Shown here: positions 27,670 to 41,657 of the stretch, in pieces
How the letters are laid out: each line of letters starts with the position of its first letter
How positions within the stretch are numbered: position 1 is the first letter of the stretch
Assembly: GCA_951406725.2 (NCBI GenBank)
Contig: OX597825.1
Location: 61,256,001-61,320,000 of the forward strand
Source of the DNA: Octopus vulgaris
Lineage: Eukaryota
DNA length: 64,000 nt
Direction of reading: 5' to 3'
The notes under the pieces: generated by a model
Databases searched by the model: none
Seen by the model: the letters and a program-made list of their open reading frames with translations, nothing else
Told to the model about the DNA's origin: nothing
Made by a program: the position numbers and the translations under genes

Positions 27670-29896
27670 AACTTAATAGAACACCATAGGTCCCAATATT
27701 TTTTTTAATTATTATCGAATAAAAGCATACTTTCTTGTAATGCGAAGGCAGTACATATTTAGTTACTTTATTCTTGAGCAATGGATTTTAGTCACAATCT
27801 CCATAAAAAACATTGTTTATATTTTCTAAATTTAATCTTTAGCATTAAATATTGTTGAAATGTTGTATAAGTGCTAATTATAAACAATGAATAAATGAGT
27901 GACCAACATATTTCTAATTACATTATTCAAAAATTTTATAGGATGAGACCAATGATATACAATAAGACAAGCATATGTCTCAGTTACATTAGAATCAGAG
28001 CTGATGTTTAAAGAACATACCAGAAATTTAATAAACGAGCTTGTTAAAACACTACAAACATATTTTTAAACTGTTTTTGAGCTAAGAAATAACTCAAAAG
28101 GAACATTCCATATGTTATGGAGATTAAAAGAGCTGAATAAACAGAAGGGTAGATGATAGGATAATCGTTATAATAAGGATATCACACAAAATAACAGTCA
28201 GTCAGTACTAAATTCCTTATCTTTATGGCAGCTGCTTCTCAAACAGGAATGTCTGAAATATTTACAAGATTATATCTGTTCTAAATAAACAGATTAAGTA
28301 TAGTTTCAATCATGAAGTACTCAATGTTCTCAAAGATTGTTAAATTACCAATTTTGAAATCAGATAAAGAAGATTGATTTCTGTAGCTCTCAATTACAAA
28401 AATAAACAAAGGGGCAATGTACTTGATTATAAATATCTCCATATTAATAAAAAATAAAAAGGAAGGATTGAGAATGAGGATTTTTGTTAGTGTTATAAAT
28501 ATTTAGTTTTTGTTATTGCTATAACAGACATGAGTCAGATCAAGAGCAGTTCCATCACAAACTGACAGAAACTTGTTATTGGTAACCATGTAATCCAGTA
28601 CTATCTGCTGATGGTCAAGAGTTTGGCGACTGAACTAAACCAGTCAGTGACAAAGCTTACTCAGAGAGGAGGGTATTGAGGTATGATGAAGGATTAAAAA
28701 ACAAAACCTGCCAAAGATGGATGAAATGTGTGAGTCAGCAGAATCCATATTCTGAAAAAGTGAAGGGTGCCAACATGCTAACCTTTAGGATATTGCATTA
28801 TCTCTAGAATTGTTTCCTCTGCCACTGCCTGGTTACTACAAGGGAGAAAACTCATATGAGGATATGATACACCTACAGTGTGCCAAAGGTTAACATAACA
28901 CAACTTTGAAAGAACCAATTCCTCATTTCCAAATGGGTGCAAGTGTGGCTGTGTGATGAAGTTTATTTTCCAATCACGTGGTTTCAGATTCAGTCCAATT
29001 GTGTGGCACCTTGAGCAAGTGTCTTCTACGATAGCTCCAACAGGCTGACCAAAGCCTTCCAAGTAGATTTGGTAGACAGAAACTGAAAGAAGTCAATCAT
29101 ATATATACACACATACATACACATGATATATATATATATGTTATAAATATATTAGGTTAGTGTTTTGTGTGGCAATTCAATAATACCTTTTGTAATGTGT
29201 TTATTGAATAAGGAGGCAAGCTGGTAGACACGTTTTGCATGCCAAGCAAAATGCTTCATGGTATTTCATTCTTCTTAACATTCTGGGATCAAATTCTGCT
29301 GCAGTTCACTCAGAAAAAAAAGGTGGACAAAAAGCTCAACAGTATTTTGTCCAGTCTGTTAATGAATTGGCCAGCTCACCAACTTAATAATAATAATAAT
29401 GATAATAATAATTCTTCTTCTTCTTATTATTATTATTACTATTATTATTATTATTATTATTATTATGAAAATAATGAGGAGGAGAATATTATTCTAAGCA
29501 GTGACATTTGCTTCATTTTTTTAAACAACAATTATTAATAAAATTTACATTAACTTGACTGTGATATTATGGTTACAAGTTATTGATAAAATTATCTGCA
29601 ACGATATTGATTAAAAAAAAAAAAACAAATGTTAATTATGGAGAAAATATATATTTAAAAGATAGATAATTATATATGTTATTAAATATTGCAGATATAA
29701 TATTTATGTATATGTTTGTACAACATAATATATCTGTGTATGTGTCACCGTTTGTGTTTATATATATATATATATGTATGTATGTCACTGAGTGTATATA
29801 TATATATATGTATATATATGTATATATATATGTATATATATATATATGCATATATATATGCATATATATATATGCATATATATATGCATATATATA

Positions 29897-29968
<72 letters not shown>

Positions 29969-30781
29969 GCATATATATATATATATATATATGCATATAT
30001 ATATGCATATATATATATATATGTGTATGTATGTATGTGTCTGTATATATATGTGTGTGTGTGTGGGTGTGTATGTATGCACATGTGAATCATTAGCAAC
30101 AGTAATTAAAAATATATAATTATCTAGAAAATGAACACAGATAATGACTAAAATTGGAATCATTTTGGAATGATAGAAATAATAATTTAGAAAATGTTAT
30201 CAATAAATTGATCAGGAAAACAGTTTAATTAACAAATATGTATAATTACTCAGAAAATCCAATGATTGCAAGTATACATTTAAGAATGAAATAGTGATTT
30301 CTCATATTGGTTATTTGCCAACTGGTTTATTAATGAAGACCATAGGTCACTAAATTTAATCACTCCTCAGTAATGATCTGGTATGTTCATAGACCAAGGT
30401 GAGGTTTGAACCTAAATAATGTAGTAAAAGGAAATTGAATATGCTGCAGTTATTCATCATTGAGTAATTTAAGTCCCTGATAAAACACCAGTTTTATAGA
30501 ATGCAACTTGATGTAAACATACTATTTAACTGCTGTATATTATATTGGCTCTGAAGGGCAAACTTAGTTTTGGCAGGAAACTCAATGCAAAACCAAATAT
30601 GACTGTATGGTTTAGAATAAAAATTGCTTTATAATTAACTACATAGTTACAGATACAGACTCATTGCATAGAACTAGACAAAGGTCATTTAGTATGCTAG
30701 AATGCTATACTAAAAGGGTAGTTCATTATATATATAAAACTTAGTGAATCAATGTAGTGAATGCATACAGAAACAGCCACA

Positions 30782-30827
<46 letters not shown>

Positions 30828-30835
<8 letters not shown>

Positions 30836-30908
30836 AAATAAGTCAAAATAGAAAATGCTAAAATAATTTTATTTAGCATTTTCTATTTTGACTAATCTTT
30901 TCATATAT
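30828..30908. repeat. Near-perfect hairpin between (TA)n tracts
   Basis: AGTCAAAATAGAAAATGCTAAA / TTTAGCATTTTCTATTTTGACT. Confidence 0.85.
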
Positions 30909-31181
30909 ATCAACTCGTGTGTTCCTTTTCATCCTTATATATATATATATATATATATATACTTATTATATAATGTTTAGCCATTTTTTGTACTTTTTTG
31001 TGATCTAGTTATATGTTTTATAATATATTTTATTTTTTCTATATGATATGGTTTATGTCTAGCGTTGTTTGAATTACATAATAGTGGTTCTGCTCTAATT
31101 TATATATTTTATATATTTATATTGTGAAATTTGATTTAATACTAAATTGAATTTTTCCCTGTATGTTTGAAGTTATACTCC

Positions 31182-31246
<65 letters not shown>

Positions 31247-31514
31247 ATGTAAATATATATATATATGGGTATTTGCATACACACACACATATGCATATAT
31301 GTATGTTTGCATGTAGGTAACAGTTATATTACACTCAATGAAATTTCATTATAAATTCATACTTAAATTGTTGACTATACTGAAAAATTATTGACCATAT
31401 TACAACATAATACAGCAACAATCATAAAATCAAATTTCAATGAAACAATTGTAAATTAATGTAATAAAAGGACTTGCTCCACTCTACTTCTTTGTATACA
31501 TACATAATACATAA

Positions 31515-31553
<39 letters not shown>

Positions 31554-31554
31554 A

Positions 31555-31805
31555 GTGTATATAATCATAGGTAATTATACACTTAGAGGAAAACCACCAA
31601 GTGGCTTCCTTGCTTGCTGAAAGATGTCAGATCTTCAAACCAGGAAAAATATGTTCTCATACATAGTGCGATAATATGAATAAAAGGCAAGATAATATAA
31701 AAATATTTAAAAGGCCAGTTTGAAGATCTTGACATCTTCTTTCAGCAAGCAAGGAAGCCACTTAATGGTTTTCCTCTCAGTGTATAATTACCTATGGTTA
31801 TACAC
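31555..31805. mobile_element. Foldback/MITE-like element with ~80-bp inverted arms
   Basis: CATAGGTAATTATACACT...GTGGCTTCCTTGCTTGCTGAAAG...GATCTTCAAAC is mirrored at 31718-31800. Confidence 0.75.
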
Positions 31806-31959
31806 ACGTATATGTATAAAAATAATTTACAGTATACAGACAATTTTTTATGCATGCTGGCCACTGGTATAAATTATTATTTTTTATAATTTTTACCCTT
31901 AGTATGCTTATATATATATCCCATCCACACATATATGTGCGCGCACACACACACATCCA

Positions 31960-32174
31960 CAAGAGGCCACGCACAGAGGGGACAAACAAGGACAGTCAAA
32001 CGGATTAAGTCAATTATATCGACCCTAGTGTGTAACTGGTACTTATTTAATCGACACGGAAAGGATGAAAGGCAAAATCGACCTCGGCGGAATTTGAACT
32101 CAGAACGTAGCGGCAGGTGAAATACTGCTAAGCATTTCGCTCGGTGTGCTAACGATTCTACCAGGTCACCGCCT
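31960..32174 (-). mobile_element. SINE family B
   Basis: Reverse-complement match to 18611-18848. Confidence 0.85.
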
Positions 32175-32623
32175 TAACAATCATAATAATAATAATAATG
32201 ACAACGATGATGATGATGATAATGATAAATGGTATATCAGGAAGCTGAAACAAAAGGTCAGTCAGAGAAATTACTGAGTTTTAATTCAGTAATAATTTAT
32301 TTGTCATTTTTTTAACACCCACCTCTGTATCAACCTCTCCACCACCATCCCCGGTACACAAATATGCATACATTGCCTGGCAGACAAAAGTACTGATAGT
32401 ATCGCTTTCAATTAGTTCACAAGCAGAAAATTCCTCGGCGAAATGAGAGTCTCATTTATATAATGTTGTAATCGTTGAATGTGCTTGACTGTAATTGTTT
32501 GCTTTGGATATAATTTATGAGCTTGTACTAATCAATGAATTCTTTTATTATGAACGGATTCACACACTATTTCCTACCAGTTTTATCTATGAAATATATT
32601 TGTGCAATGCTAGTCTAATGTGG

Positions 32624-32626
<3 letters not shown>

Positions 32627-32659
<33 letters not shown>

Positions 32660-32688
32660 CATTCATATAAACCCACCCTCATATATGC

Positions 32689-32746
<58 letters not shown>

Positions 32747-32777
32747 TACATTCATATAAACCCAACCTCATATATGC

Positions 32778-32828
<51 letters not shown>

Positions 32829-32861
32829 CATTCATATAAACCAACCTCATATATGGTGTGC

Positions 32862-32931
<70 letters not shown>

Positions 32932-32955
32932 TGTATATATATATGTGTGTGTGTG

Positions 32956-33024
<69 letters not shown>

Positions 33025-33127
33025 TTTGTGTGTGTGTGTATATTGTGTGTGTGTGTGTGTGTGTTTTGTGTGTGTGTGTATATATATGTGTGTTATATAT
33101 ATATATGTGTGTGTGTGTGTGTATATA

Positions 33128-33192
<65 letters not shown>

Positions 33193-33219
33193 TTTATATT
33201 TTGTGTGTTTTGTGTTATT

Positions 33220-33288
<69 letters not shown>

Positions 33289-33300
33289 GAGAGAGAGAAA
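32627..33300. repeat. Compound (TA)n/(TG)n microsatellite with three copies of a CATTCATATAAACC spacer
   Basis: Directly visible. Confidence 0.9.
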
Positions 33301-33879
33301 CACATATATAAATACGTATATGAGTGAATGTTTGTGTACGTTTTCCCATTGTAAAACGACAATGGGAAGTAATATAACTAATAAGCTTGCTGAACATAAA
33401 CCCTTCCCTGTATTGTTATTTCTTTTATATCCAATTGTACTTTCATGTAATCCATTCCAAGGGCGGAATGTGTTACATGTATGTGAAAAAGAAAACTGAA
33501 ATTTTTTAACAAAATTTCTTTTGCGCAGTCATAATCTCCCAGGTTCAATGCTTAATTCAGAAAATAAAAAGTTCGTAAAAAGCAAACGAAGTGAAATATA
33601 TATAAATAAAAAAAGGAAACGAGGAAACGAGAAAGGGTATACAAATTGAATAGTAATATTTTGAAAGAAATGTTTTGCAGGAATGTAATGTGCATGGTTT
33701 AAAACATGAGTCTGCCAAAAAATGGTTTGGAAAAAGAATCACAACTTTGAAGTTAGAGAAAGCAGGTGCTGCCAAAATGCTAAAATTTGAAAGTTAGTAA
33801 TAAAAAAGACCAGAAGCGTAATTTGCGTTATTTGAAATAAAGAAATACTAAAACATGAGGGAACCCTACCACACCAGCA

Positions 33880-33933
<54 letters not shown>

Positions 33934-33964
33934 TATAATAACTACAACATCAATAATAATGATA

Positions 33965-34175
33965 ATGGGCACAAGGCCTGACATTTGGGGGGAAGGGGTT
34001 AGTCGATTACATTGACTTCAGTGCGTAACTGGTACTTATTTAATCGACCCCGAAAGGATGAAAGGCAAAGTCAACCTCGGCCGAATTTGAACTTGGAACG
34101 TAAAAACGAGCGATATACCACTAAGCATTTCGCCTGGAGGGCAAACGATTCTGCCAGTTCATCGCCTCAGAATTG

Positions 34176-34227
<52 letters not shown>

Positions 34228-34477
34228 CGATGATGACGACGACGACGACGATGATGATGATGACAATTTCTACTATAGGCACAAGGCCTGGAATTTGAGA
34301 GGAGGGTGATAGTCGATCGCATTGACCTCAGTACTTGACTGGAAGTTAATTTATTGACCCCCGAAAAGATGAAAGGCAAAGTCAACCACAGCAGAATTTG
34401 AACTCAGAACGTAGCGATGGGCGAAATACCGATAAATATTACACCCGGCATGCTAACGATTCTGCCAGCTAGCCACG
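33965..34477 (-). mobile_element. Two family B SINE variants separated by (TAA)n/(GAT)n
   Basis: GATGAAAGGCAAAGTCAACC...GAATTTGAACT core occurs twice. Confidence 0.8.
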
Positions 34478-34483
34478 TTAATA

Positions 34484-34515
<32 letters not shown>

Positions 34516-34519
34516 AATA

Positions 34520-35245
34520 TTCAGGAAAAGGAACCTGGGGTACCAACTAAAGGAAAAATCCCAAACAATCAACCACCTCCTCTTCATGGATGATTTGAAA
34601 CTGTATGGCAAAATTGAGGCAGAAGTGCGTTCCTTGGTGAACACGGTCCAATGTTTTAGTACTGATATTACAATGGAAACTGGACTCAAGAAGTGTGGAG
34701 TAATCTACCTAAAAAGCAGCAAGGTACAGTCCCTAGCAGGGATAGAATTGCCGAATAGAAACTTGATTAAGGAAATTGAAACGAAAGGATACAAATACCT
34801 TAGTGTACTAGAGTGCAACGAGATAATGGAAAAGGACATGAAAAATCAACTGAGGATGGAATATTTCCGAATACTGAAGTTGGTGCTGCGCTCAAAATTG
34901 ACTGGATGGAATAAAATCCAAGATGTTAATGCGTGGGCGATAGCATCACTTCGGTACGGAGCGGGAATTATAAAATGGCTTAAAAGAGAAATGAAGAAAA
35001 TGGATACCAAGACCAGGAAAATGTTGACAGTACACGGAGCCGTCCACCCTAAGAGTGACACCAATAGGCTGTACTTGTCCAGAAGAAAGGGTGGGAGAGA
35101 TTTGATCAGTTGCCAGGATTGTATCGAAGAAGAGGAAAACAGCCTAGGGTGGTATATAAAAAATGCCGTGGAGCCACTGTTGAAACATGCGAAGAAGGCC
35201 GGTGTCATTAAAGCTGAAAATTGTGTAACTAAAGAAAAATTTTAA
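34520..35245 (+). pseudogene. Reverse transcriptase ORF fragment of the Dong-like element
   Basis: ~240 open codons containing FMDD; the poly-Met start in the ORF track is an (ATG)n microsatellite. Confidence 0.9.
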
Positions 35246-35381
35246 AAAGTAAAGAACAAAAAATAGAAGAAAGGAAAAGCTTGGAAGGAAAAAAAATTAC
35301 GTTGAGTTTGCAAGAGATGTGAACGCCAAAACAGATACAGAGGACCGGTGGCTATGGATGAGGAGGAGTGGCCTGAAGATA

Positions 35382-35920
35382 GAGACAGAAGCACTCATAT
35401 GGGAGCTTAAGAACAAGCGTTAAGGCCCAAGAGACAGACGCACTTATATGGGAGCTTAAGAACAAGCGTTAAGGCCCAAGAGACAGAAGCACTCATATGG
35501 GAGCTTAAGAACAAGCGTTAAGGCCCAAGAGACAGAAGCACTCATATGGGAGCTTAAGAACAAGCGTTAAGGTCCAAGAGACAGAAGCACTCATATGGGA
35601 GCTTAAGAACAAGCGTTAAGGCCCAAGAGACAGAAGCACTCATATGGGAGCTTAAGAACAAGCGTTAAGGTCCAAGAGACAGAAGCATTCATATGGGAGC
35701 TTAAGAACAAGCGTTAAGGTCCAAGAGACAGAAGCACTCATATGGGAGCTTAAGAACAAGCGTTAAGGCCCAAGAGACAGAAGCACTCATATGGGAGCTT
35801 AAGAACAAGCGTTAAGGTCCAAGAGACAGAAGCACTCATATGGGAGCTTAAGAACAAGCGTTAAGGCCCAAGAGACAGAAGCACTCATATGGGAGCTTAA
35901 GAACAAGCGTTAAGGCCCAA
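35382..35920. repeat. 49-bp minisatellite, 11 copies, inside the LINE ORF
   Basis: Unit GAGACAGAAGCACTCATATGGGAGCTTAAGAACAAGCGTTAAGGCCCAA. Confidence 0.97.
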
Positions 35921-36270
35921 TTATATGACATGCAGAATTGACAACACTACTGATAGCGACAAACGCAGAATGTGTGGCGAGAGGGGTGAAACGGTATGGC
36001 ACATAGTTAGCGAATGCCCGAAATTGGCACAACGGGAATACAGAAGACGCCATGACTATGTGACGCGAATGATCTATTGGGAGCCCTGTGGAAATTACGG
36101 CCTACAAACAGCAAAGACTTTATCAACAAACTCCAGAAGAGGTCACCGAAAATGAGAAGTGCAAAATCCTGTGAGATATAACGATCCAGTACAATCACCT
36201 GACCAGAGACAGGAAAACAGATATTGTTATGGTGAATAAAAAAAGGAAGAATATTTGTGATTATCGACAT

Positions 36271-36421
36271 AGGCGTAGGAGTGTCTGTGTGGTAAGTAGC
36301 TAGCTTATCAACCACATGGTTCCGGGTTCAGTCCCACAGCATGGCAACTTGGGCAAGTGTCTTCTACTATAGCCTCGGACCGACCAAGGACGGAAACTGA
36401 AAGAAGCCCGTCGTATATATG

Positions 36422-36474
<53 letters not shown>

Positions 36475-36678
36475 ATGTTTGTGTGTCTGTATTTGTCCTC
36501 CAAACATCGCTTGACAACCGATGCTGGTGTGTTTACGTCCCCGTTACTTAGCGGTTCGGCAAAAGAGGCTGATAGAATAAGTACTAGGCTTACAAAGATT
36601 AAGTCCTGGGGTTGATTCGCTCGACTAAAGGCGGTGCTCCAGCCTGGCCACAGTCAAATGACAAACAAGTAAACGAGT
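36271..36678 (+). mobile_element. SINE family A inserted into the LINE endonuclease region
   Basis: Splits ATCGACATAG|TGTGCCCC; ATAG is present on both sides. Confidence 0.9.
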
Positions 36679-38981
36679 ATAGTGTGCCCCCGGTAACAAA
36701 AGGATCAATGTGAAAGAAGAAAACATAAACAACTATGATGATAGTTGCACTAGTAATTGATGCAGTTAGAAGTATCAACACACAGCTACCAACATGGCTG
36801 AAAAAGATTGGTGCAAGCGTGAAAATAGAACTCCTACAAAAATCAACATTGCTTGGAACTGCAAGAATTCTTCGCAGGGTTCTTGAAGCATGACCCGTTA
36901 AAAGTGCTACCTTAGTCTGCTGGCTGTTGGCAGCTGACAATTCTCATCATACCCAGCAAAATAAGCTGTGAATTTTCATATAAAAATAGTAGTGGTAATA
37001 ACAATGATAATAATGGTATTAATAATAATAATTATGTCGCGCGCATATGGTTGTGATGCATGTGCCTAGTACATCTTTATCAGACGGGTAGTCATGATGG
37101 TTATACTGGGCTTCATATATTTTACCCCAGTGTCACTTTGATGGCATGCACTACTCTCTCACTCAATGATAATAATATGATGATGATTTCTTTTATTCGC
37201 CAACAGGGTACTGGGGAACAATACGAAACAGATATAAAGTGTGAGAAAAAAATTAAAGTATACACGGTATACAGTAAAACATTGAATAGAAAGAGACAAT
37301 AGTAAAAAAAAAAAAAAAGAAACAATTCCCAAAGGATTTGGAGAGCTTTATCTGAAGCTCTGTCTTTTGAAGGACATCTAATCTTAAAAACAAAATTATG
37401 TGAATGAACACTTTTTGCAACAAATTACGTTGACTAAAAATTTAGAAAAATTTGTAGGCGGAAATTTGCTAATTGCTTATGTGTATATTTAATATCCAAA
37501 TAAAACTTGCAATGTTTTTCTCTATATACAGCTGTATACACTCTTTAACCTGTATCCACAACTTTTGGAAGCGCACGTGCTGCTTAACTACTTTAACTCT
37601 ACTCTGACGGAAGACTGGAAGAAGTCCTTTTTTTTGGTGGTGGCACTGGCAAATATATGAAGTTCATTGCTGTTGATCTAGCAAGTGGGGCTTCATATCA
37701 GGAGGGCGGGCCGGTGCGCATTGATGCCGTCGTAAGATAGGCCCTGAAACGGTGCGCATTCTCTCCTGATGACCCCATACAATTGCTGGCTTCCAGTATG
37801 TGAAGCTTTCGACTTGTAGCACTTGCATGTGCAAGTTGCTTGTAGAACATCTATGTGAATCCTTAATTTTCTACAAAAGAAATGTTGATTTTTCAATGAG
37901 GAAAGCGTCAACATAATACTTTTACTTCCTATATTATCGCTTTTAGCATCGTTCCTTTCCACTTTCTTGATATTTTCAATTGAATTTAGGTGCATGCATA
38001 TAAGTGAATAAATTATACTTGTGTGTATAACTGAGTACCATTTTCATCCTCAAAAAAAATTAAAGCCACAGCGTTCCATATTTTGCTGAAACATTCTGGA
38101 TTTCTCGGCAATTATTTATGAATATTTTTTCGAATGTTTTGAATTGAAATGCTTGAATCCAAGTGATGAACAACTACATAAATTTATATAATATACGTTG
38201 TTTACATAGAAAAAGATATTTTTTAAAAGTATAATAGCTCCAGCGTTTCAAATTTTATGGAAACATTCTTTCGGAATTTTTTTTTTTTTACAATTTGTCT
38301 AAGAACGATCATAAAGCACAGAAAAAAAAGTAGGACTATTTCGTTTGCATCTAAAGTATATAAATATATATTGTGTGCATTTGAAGTTACATTTTTTTCA
38401 ATAAAAAAGTAAATCAAAATCCGAAATTTTCAGAATATGAAATAAAGTAGTACTAACGTTATTGTTGAATACACATTCCCGTCATTATTTTACATGGAAT
38501 CTTCTTATATTTATCAATTTTATCATAGCAAGAAACACCAGGATGTTTTCATACACGAAAGAAGAGTATATGGAAAGGGACACGAGGTCTGCCAGTGTTT
38601 TGAATCCCTTCATACGGAAAAAAAACAAGCAGAGTTTTCGTTTGCAGAAAGTGTTTTCCACGTCAAAAAGTGAAAGTTTAATGAATTTTTTTCCCAAAAA
38701 CAAATAATAAATGAATTTAATGTCTTTTAATTTTGTTCAAATATGCTCTCATCAAATTCATCATTTGTCTGTCTCCACTGATTTGAATTGCATTTTGAAT
38801 AGGATTCTCTGCAAATGAATCACGATAGAAGTTCTTCCAGTTGACACTCAAATGTTATATGCCCAATAATAAATGAGATCGAGGAATAGATCAGGAGATA
38901 GAGATAGTTTTCTTTGGGGAAATGAGTGTTCCCGATGACCATTTCTCATCACAAACTCCTTTGGTATATATACATATGTGC

Positions 38982-39028
<47 letters not shown>

Positions 39029-39060
39029 TGTATGTGTGTGTATGTGTGTGTGTGTGTGTG

Positions 39061-39360
39061 ACGCAATGGCCCAGTAGTTAGGGCAGCGGACTCGCGGTCG
39101 TAGGATCGCAGTTTCGATTCCCAGACCGGGCGTTGTGAGTGTTTACTGAGCGAAAACACCTAAAGCTCCACGAGGCTCCGGCAGGGGTTGGTGGCAATCC
39201 CTGCTGTACTTTTTCGCGCCACAACTTTCTCTCACTCTTTCTTCTGTTGGCCTGCTCACTTAACCAGGAGGGTGGCGTCATTGAAGGCTAAAACAATGCG
39301 AAGCGCATTGTAACCAGCGATGTATAGCGACATCTAAGAACCTTGTCGGTCACGGTGATA
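39061..39360 (+). mobile_element. SINE family D
   Basis: GCAATGGCCCAGTAGTTAGGGCAGCGGACTCGCGG head and GTTTCGATTCCC B-box. Confidence 0.85.
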
Positions 39361-41275
39361 TATATATATGTGCGTGCGTGTGTGTATAATTCATTTGACC
39401 TCCATCTGTATGATTAAGGTTTTTGGTCTGCTTCAGGATCTGAGCTCAGCTAGAACTTAGTGGAATGCAAATGAGAAATTCATGCTTTTACGGAAATGTA
39501 ACTGTGCCTTCTGTATTTACTATTAATTGCTCTCTCTCTTCTTTTATATTCATAATTAATGGTGGAAAACATGGTTGTTTTACCTGTTAATTAGGAATGA
39601 AATAAAATATTTGATGGATCCACCTTAATGACATGTTCACTAGATACTCTATAGCATCTATCCCCCACTCTTTTAATCAACTATTTCACTTTCGTTCCCT
39701 AATAATTGTTTACATAAGCGCATTGTAAATGCCTGAAAATCAGTGAGTAAAATGAGCTCACTTTCATGCGGCTTTCATGGAAACAAAGCAGTTCCGCAAA
39801 AAATACATATATTAAAAGGTTCTGGTCATGATGCTCGAGGAAGGATAAAATCCTTTTTAATAATGGAAGGCAAGGTTTACGATATCGGAGGAATATCGTT
39901 TCCTTCCATCATCTTGTTCTTTATGTTGTTCATGCTTCCAGTAGGCGAAGCGAAAAGACTTCAAGTACAACTGCTATTTACAACTTGTTTATTTACAGGA
40001 AAAGTGAAGTGTGCTGCTCTCAGCTACCATCTTAAGCTCTGATAGTGTGGGCGCATTGCCTCAGGAGATAGACAGGCAGAGAGCCTGTGCCAATGGTGGT
40101 GTTCATCCAATGCTGCTGTGTAGTGGCGCCGAAGAAGATAAATTTTGAAGAGGGTTTTCCCTTTATATAGTTTTCTCCAGAACGAACCTCGTTGTGATCT
40201 CGCGCATGGTAAATGGATGCAGGTGAGGTCTCGCTCCAATCTCGGAGATGGCAATGGCTGCCGCGAGATCTGATCCAATATGGCGTTGGCTGCTTGTGCC
40301 GCTACACCCTAATAGCAATCTTGTGAATTTAACGTTGCGTAAATATATTTAATTGAATATAAATAATAATAACCTCACGAATTCTAGAACAACGTCTCAG
40401 TGTGAGTTCTTCACAAGTACCCATATATAAAATTACAAGCTTATGATGTGCGCCAAGAAAGAACTAGATTATACTAGTGCAGATTCTGTACTATATGCTA
40501 TAAACAGGACTTATCATTCAGAAATGTAGCTATTTTATCGAATTATAATTACTTTTTATTGATCTGTCACAAGAGTGTGATGCTACAAATTATCACGTTG
40601 ATCATCGAATAAAAGATGAGATGCTGGTGGTTTCGCTGGGTTCTGTTTTGGCTGTGTGTAAGTGATGCACAATACTTATTGCTTTTTAATTTTTTTCCTT
40701 TTTACTTGTTTCACACATCAGGTTGCAGCCATGCTGGGACACCGCATTTTTGGCTGAATGTACTTAATTTTTAAAAGCCTGATACTTATTCTATCGGAAT
40801 AGAACCGCTGAATTACTATTCACTGTTGTTGTTTACACTTTCTGTTTACTCTTCGTTTTCTGTATACTCTTGCTGGCATTACTTATAGTTTCACTTACAG
40901 TCATTACTTTTCATATAACTTTTAATCTAATTTTTACACTACAAAACCTTATATTAAGTTGACTGAAATATCCGTACATGTGTACATGGTTTTTAACAAC
41001 TTTCTTTTATCCTTTTGTCAAATCATTTGAGTAATATGTACATATTGGTGAATATTCTGTTTTTCCCACAAATATATTTTTGCATAATTCCTTTAAACAT
41101 CGAATGGCAATGGGGGTCCACCACAATAAAGTAGTAATCAGAAGAGTCCATAGATAAAACATGGCTAAGAAGCCTTGGTTTAGTAGATGATTCTAGACCA
41201 GCGGTTCCCAACATTTATCCGATGATGGTTACCAACCTTTTTATTTAAATAATATTTCCCACGGACCCCTTTTAA

Positions 41276-41606
41276 TACGTCTCTCTGAGACATTTAGAAA
41301 TTCAATATTTCTAATTTCGGTGATCAGTAAATAAATTTTACTGATAATATGATATATTTGCGAAGAGGTTGCAGTCATCTCAGCGAGCGAGACAAGCTAC
41401 CCTGAACTGACGACGAGCAAAAGACTCAGAAACATATGTCTTCAGGTGCTTAGTCCCAGCTGGCGGGGGTGATTGCCTCCCCTTTGCAAATATAAGGACG
41501 CAGAAAATGTGTCAAAGCCGATAGGAGACGTCGATGTTTCCTAGGGCTAAATGGCAGTGGTGTAATTCCCTTACGGGACTGTCACATTGAGTTGACAGTA
41601 TACGAC

Positions 41607-41610
<4 letters not shown>
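41276..41610 (+). mobile_element. Retrozyme-like structured element, copy A
   Basis: Contains a hammerhead plus modules homologous to 46113-46519 in permuted order. Confidence 0.65.
41395..41450 (+). ncRNA. Type I hammerhead ribozyme
   Basis: AGC-TAC-CCTGAA-CTGACGA-C-GAG-CAAAAGA-CTC-A-GAAA-CATATG-TC-TTCAGG-T-GCT; palindromic stem III ACATATGT; predicted cleavage after GUC at 41440. Confidence 0.8.

Positions 41611-41657
<47 letters not shown>

Larger units (their letters stand above)
34520..36990 (+). mobile_element. 5'-truncated R4/Dong-clade (RLE-type) non-LTR retrotransposon, disrupted
   Basis: RT motif INHLLFMDDLKLY and YKYL; zinc knuckle RMCGERGETVWHIVSEC; RHD motif; endonuclease relic RKTDIV..IDI; C-terminus LQKSTLLGTARILRRVLEA*; flanked by TAA/TGA triplet repeats, the known Dong target type. 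Confidence 0.92.

Noticed and set aside
35382-35920. 49-bp array as CRISPR
   Set aside because: Head-to-tail units without spacers, derived from the surrounding LINE ORF
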